NCBI RefSeq assembly: GCF_018977255.1
Contig: NW_024704742.1
Coordinates: 40,860,001-40,924,000 of the forward strand
Direction of reading: 5' to 3'
DNA: 64,000 nt
Source: Callorhinchus milii
Lineage: Eukaryota
Every line of letters begins with the position of its first letter. Within the stretch, counting starts at the first letter, position 1. The notes beneath the pieces were generated by a model. The model saw nothing but the letters and a program-made list of their open reading frames with translations, was not told the DNA's origin and did not search any database. Both the position numbers and the translations under genes were made by a program. Shown piece by piece: positions 61,483 to 64,000 of the stretch.

Positions 61483-63530
61483 GAGCATTATTTTCCCTCA
61501 GTATTCACCAGGGAGACAAATCAGGTGGACAAGACAGTAGAAGAGATCGAAAATAATATGAATACATTTAAGATACAAAGAGGAGATATAATCGAAAAAC
61601 TAACTCAGAGAGGATAAAACCCCTGGTCCAGTTGGATTGCATCCGCATATATTAAAAGAATCGAGGGAAGAGATAGCAGAGGCACTATTACACATGTATA
61701 ATAATTCATTAGAAAAGGGAGTAGTGCTAGAGAACTGGAGGATACCTAATAATAATGTTATGCCTATATTTAAAAAGGGAGCTAGAACTAGCCCAGGGAG
61801 CTATAGACCTGTCAGCTTAACATCGGTGGTAGGAAAGATATGGAAAGATGGAATCCTTGCTGAAGGAGGTAATAGAAAAACATCTAGAAACGGAAAAAAT
61901 AATAAAGAATAGTCAGCACGGATATCAAAAAGGAAGTTCACGTTTAACCAACCTCATTGAATTCTTTGAAGGGGTAACAGAAAGAGTAGACAAGGATAAT
62001 GCAGTAGATGTAATATATTTAGATTTCCAAAAGGCATTCGATAAGGTACCACATAATAGACTAATGAATAAGGTCAGAGCATGTGGAGTCAGGGAAAAAT
62101 ATAAGAATGGATAGCAAGCTGGCTACAAAACAGAAAACAGAGAGTAGGGATAAAGGGTAGCTACTCAGACTGGCAGGGGGTGGGCAGTGGTGTTCTACAA
62201 GGATCGATAATGGGACAACTGTTGTTCACAATATACATTAATGATTTAGTCAAGGGGAATCAGCAGTACAATTTCAAAATTTGTGGTCGACACCAAATTG
62301 GGGGGAATAGTTAATACAGAGTAATAATAATAATAATAATAATAATCCTTGCATTTGATATAGCGCTTTTCACGTCGGGAGGACGTCCCAAAGCGCTTCA
62401 CAAAACATACTGTAAAGTGAATTGACTGTATATTTGTGGGCGAACGCGGCAGCCAATTGCGCACAGCAATGTCCCACAAACAGTCGTAGATTGTAAATGA
62501 CCAATTTATTATTGTTTTTGGTTTTGGAGGGATTATTATTAGGCGTATGGAGTAAGGAAACTTGCCCAAGGTTTCGCCCTGCCTGGAATTGAACTCCGGT
62601 CTCTCGCTTGCAAAGCGAGTGCTCTAACCACTGAGCTACAGGACTCCACTGTAGGACTGCAACCAATTATAGTAAGACATTAATAAACTTGCTAAGTGGG
62701 CATTTAAATGCCAAATGCATTTCAATGTAGAAAAATGTGAGGTGGTACATTTTGGTAGAAGGAAAAAGGAAATCACGTACATCATGGAAAATAAAAACCT
62801 AAATGGGGTAGAGGAGCAAAGGGACCAAGGAGTACACATACCCAATTCACTAAAAGTATCAATGCAGGTTAATGAGGCCATTAAAAAAAGGAAACCAGGC
62901 ATTGGGGTTCATTTCTAGAGGGATAGAAATGAAATGCAGGGAAGTTATGGTAAACTGCTGTAGAACATTGGTTAGACGACACTTAGAATATTGTGTGCCA
63001 TTCTGGTTCCCACATTATAGAAGGGATGTAGAGGCACTGGAGAGGGTGCAAAGGAGATTCACAAGGATCATCCCAGAACTGAGAGGTTATACCTATCAGG
63101 AAAGGCTAAACATACTTGGACTCTTTTCTCTTGAAGAGGGTAAAGGGTGACCTGATAGAGGTCTTTAAAATGATGAAAGGGTTTGATAGGGTAGACATCG
63201 GGAAGATGTTTCCACTTGTGGGGGAGACTAAAACCAGGGGCCATCAATATAAAATAGTCACAAATAGATCAAATAGGGAAGTTAGATGAAATTTCTTCAC
63301 AAGGATAGTGGGAATGTGGAACATGCTTCCACAAGGAGTTATTGAGGCAAACAGCATAGATGTATTTAAGGGGAAGCTAGATAGGTAATTGAGGGAGAAA
63401 GGAATAGAAGGTTATGCTTGAAGGCTTAGTTGAGAAAGGGAAGGAGGTTCATGTGGAGTATAAACACTGGCATAGACCAGTTGGGCCGAATGGTCTGTTT
63501 CTGTGCTGTATAATCTAATGTATTGTAATG
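61483..63530 (+). mobile_element. CR1 LINE, 5'-truncated ORF2 RT plus 3' UTR, frameshifted, interrupted by a SINE
   Basis: SVFT, LHPHILKE, YRPVSLTSVVGK, SQHG, LTNLIEFFE, VDVIYLDFQKAFDKVPH, KFVVDTKLGG, FNVEKCEVVHFG, LERVQRRFTR; tail ttgggccgaatgg..tgtttctgtgctgta. Confidence 0.95.
62322..62648 (-). mobile_element. Full-length young SINE nested in CR1 RT
   Basis: Splits ...LGGIVNTE|xDCNQL...; intact A/B boxes and long (taa)n. Confidence 0.95.
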
Positions 63531-64000
63531 TATTTGGTGGCTAGTCAATGCATAACAGGATTATAGAATTTTATACCGTAATACATTTCAAACTTGTCAC
63601 AGTAAGATGACTATTTCAAATCACAAATGTTATATACTGTGGCCATCAAATGCTAAGTTGTAAGTGTAATTCAATAGAGATTTGGAGTCAACAGTAATTG
63701 CATTCACCTCAGGCATGGCTGCCAACATGACATAGCTACAGTCCTGCTGCCTTCAATTACTTAAACCATCACCTCAAGAAACATTCTCTATCATTCTTAT
63801 TGAACTTCTCTCTTCAGGTCAGTAATAATTTTACCATTTTTGGCCTGTACAAACATTCCCAAGAGATGAGGGGAAGTCCAGTGCCCAAAAATGTAAAGTT
63901 GTAAATTGCACAAACAAATTTGCTCCACACCATATTTGGAGCAAATTCTACCTAGAACTGGAAGCAATGAAAAAATAGGAGAATCCCATCATCCTGCATG

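Noticed and set aside
54946..62648. Targeted SINE insertion into CR1 RT (two cases)
   Set aside because: Insertion points and relative orientations differ; two events are explained by CR1 abundance.

Overview
This is eukaryotic, vertebrate DNA. The repeat content (tRNA-Ala-headed SINEs with L2-type tails, L2 and CR1 LINEs, Deu-domain SINE relics) points to a cartilaginous fish, probably a holocephalan (chimaera or elephant-shark-like); that assignment is an inference. The only host protein-coding gene I can support is TAPT1 on the minus strand. Nine coding exons (61240 down to the stop at 34368, 956 nt) splice in frame at GT-AG boundaries, end in DLLEIDRFTICGNRID*, and match human exons 6-14 as I recall them. 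Exons 1-5 lie beyond the right edge. The left ~33 kb has no recognisable coding exon; by vertebrate synteny it should be upstream of PROM1. It holds a ~2.6 kb G-rich double minisatellite with a 25-N gap, possibly inside a decayed Harbinger-type element. The best leads are a U12-type branch point before TAPT1 exon 6, an L2 copy with twin-priming-like inversion geometry, SINE/L2 3' stem-loops with family-specific loops, inverted young SINE pairs bracketing TAPT1 exons, an 80-bp near-perfect hairpin and a Tc1/mariner MITE. I found no convincing evidence for a wholly new biological system. All family names come from recognition by eye, not from database searches.
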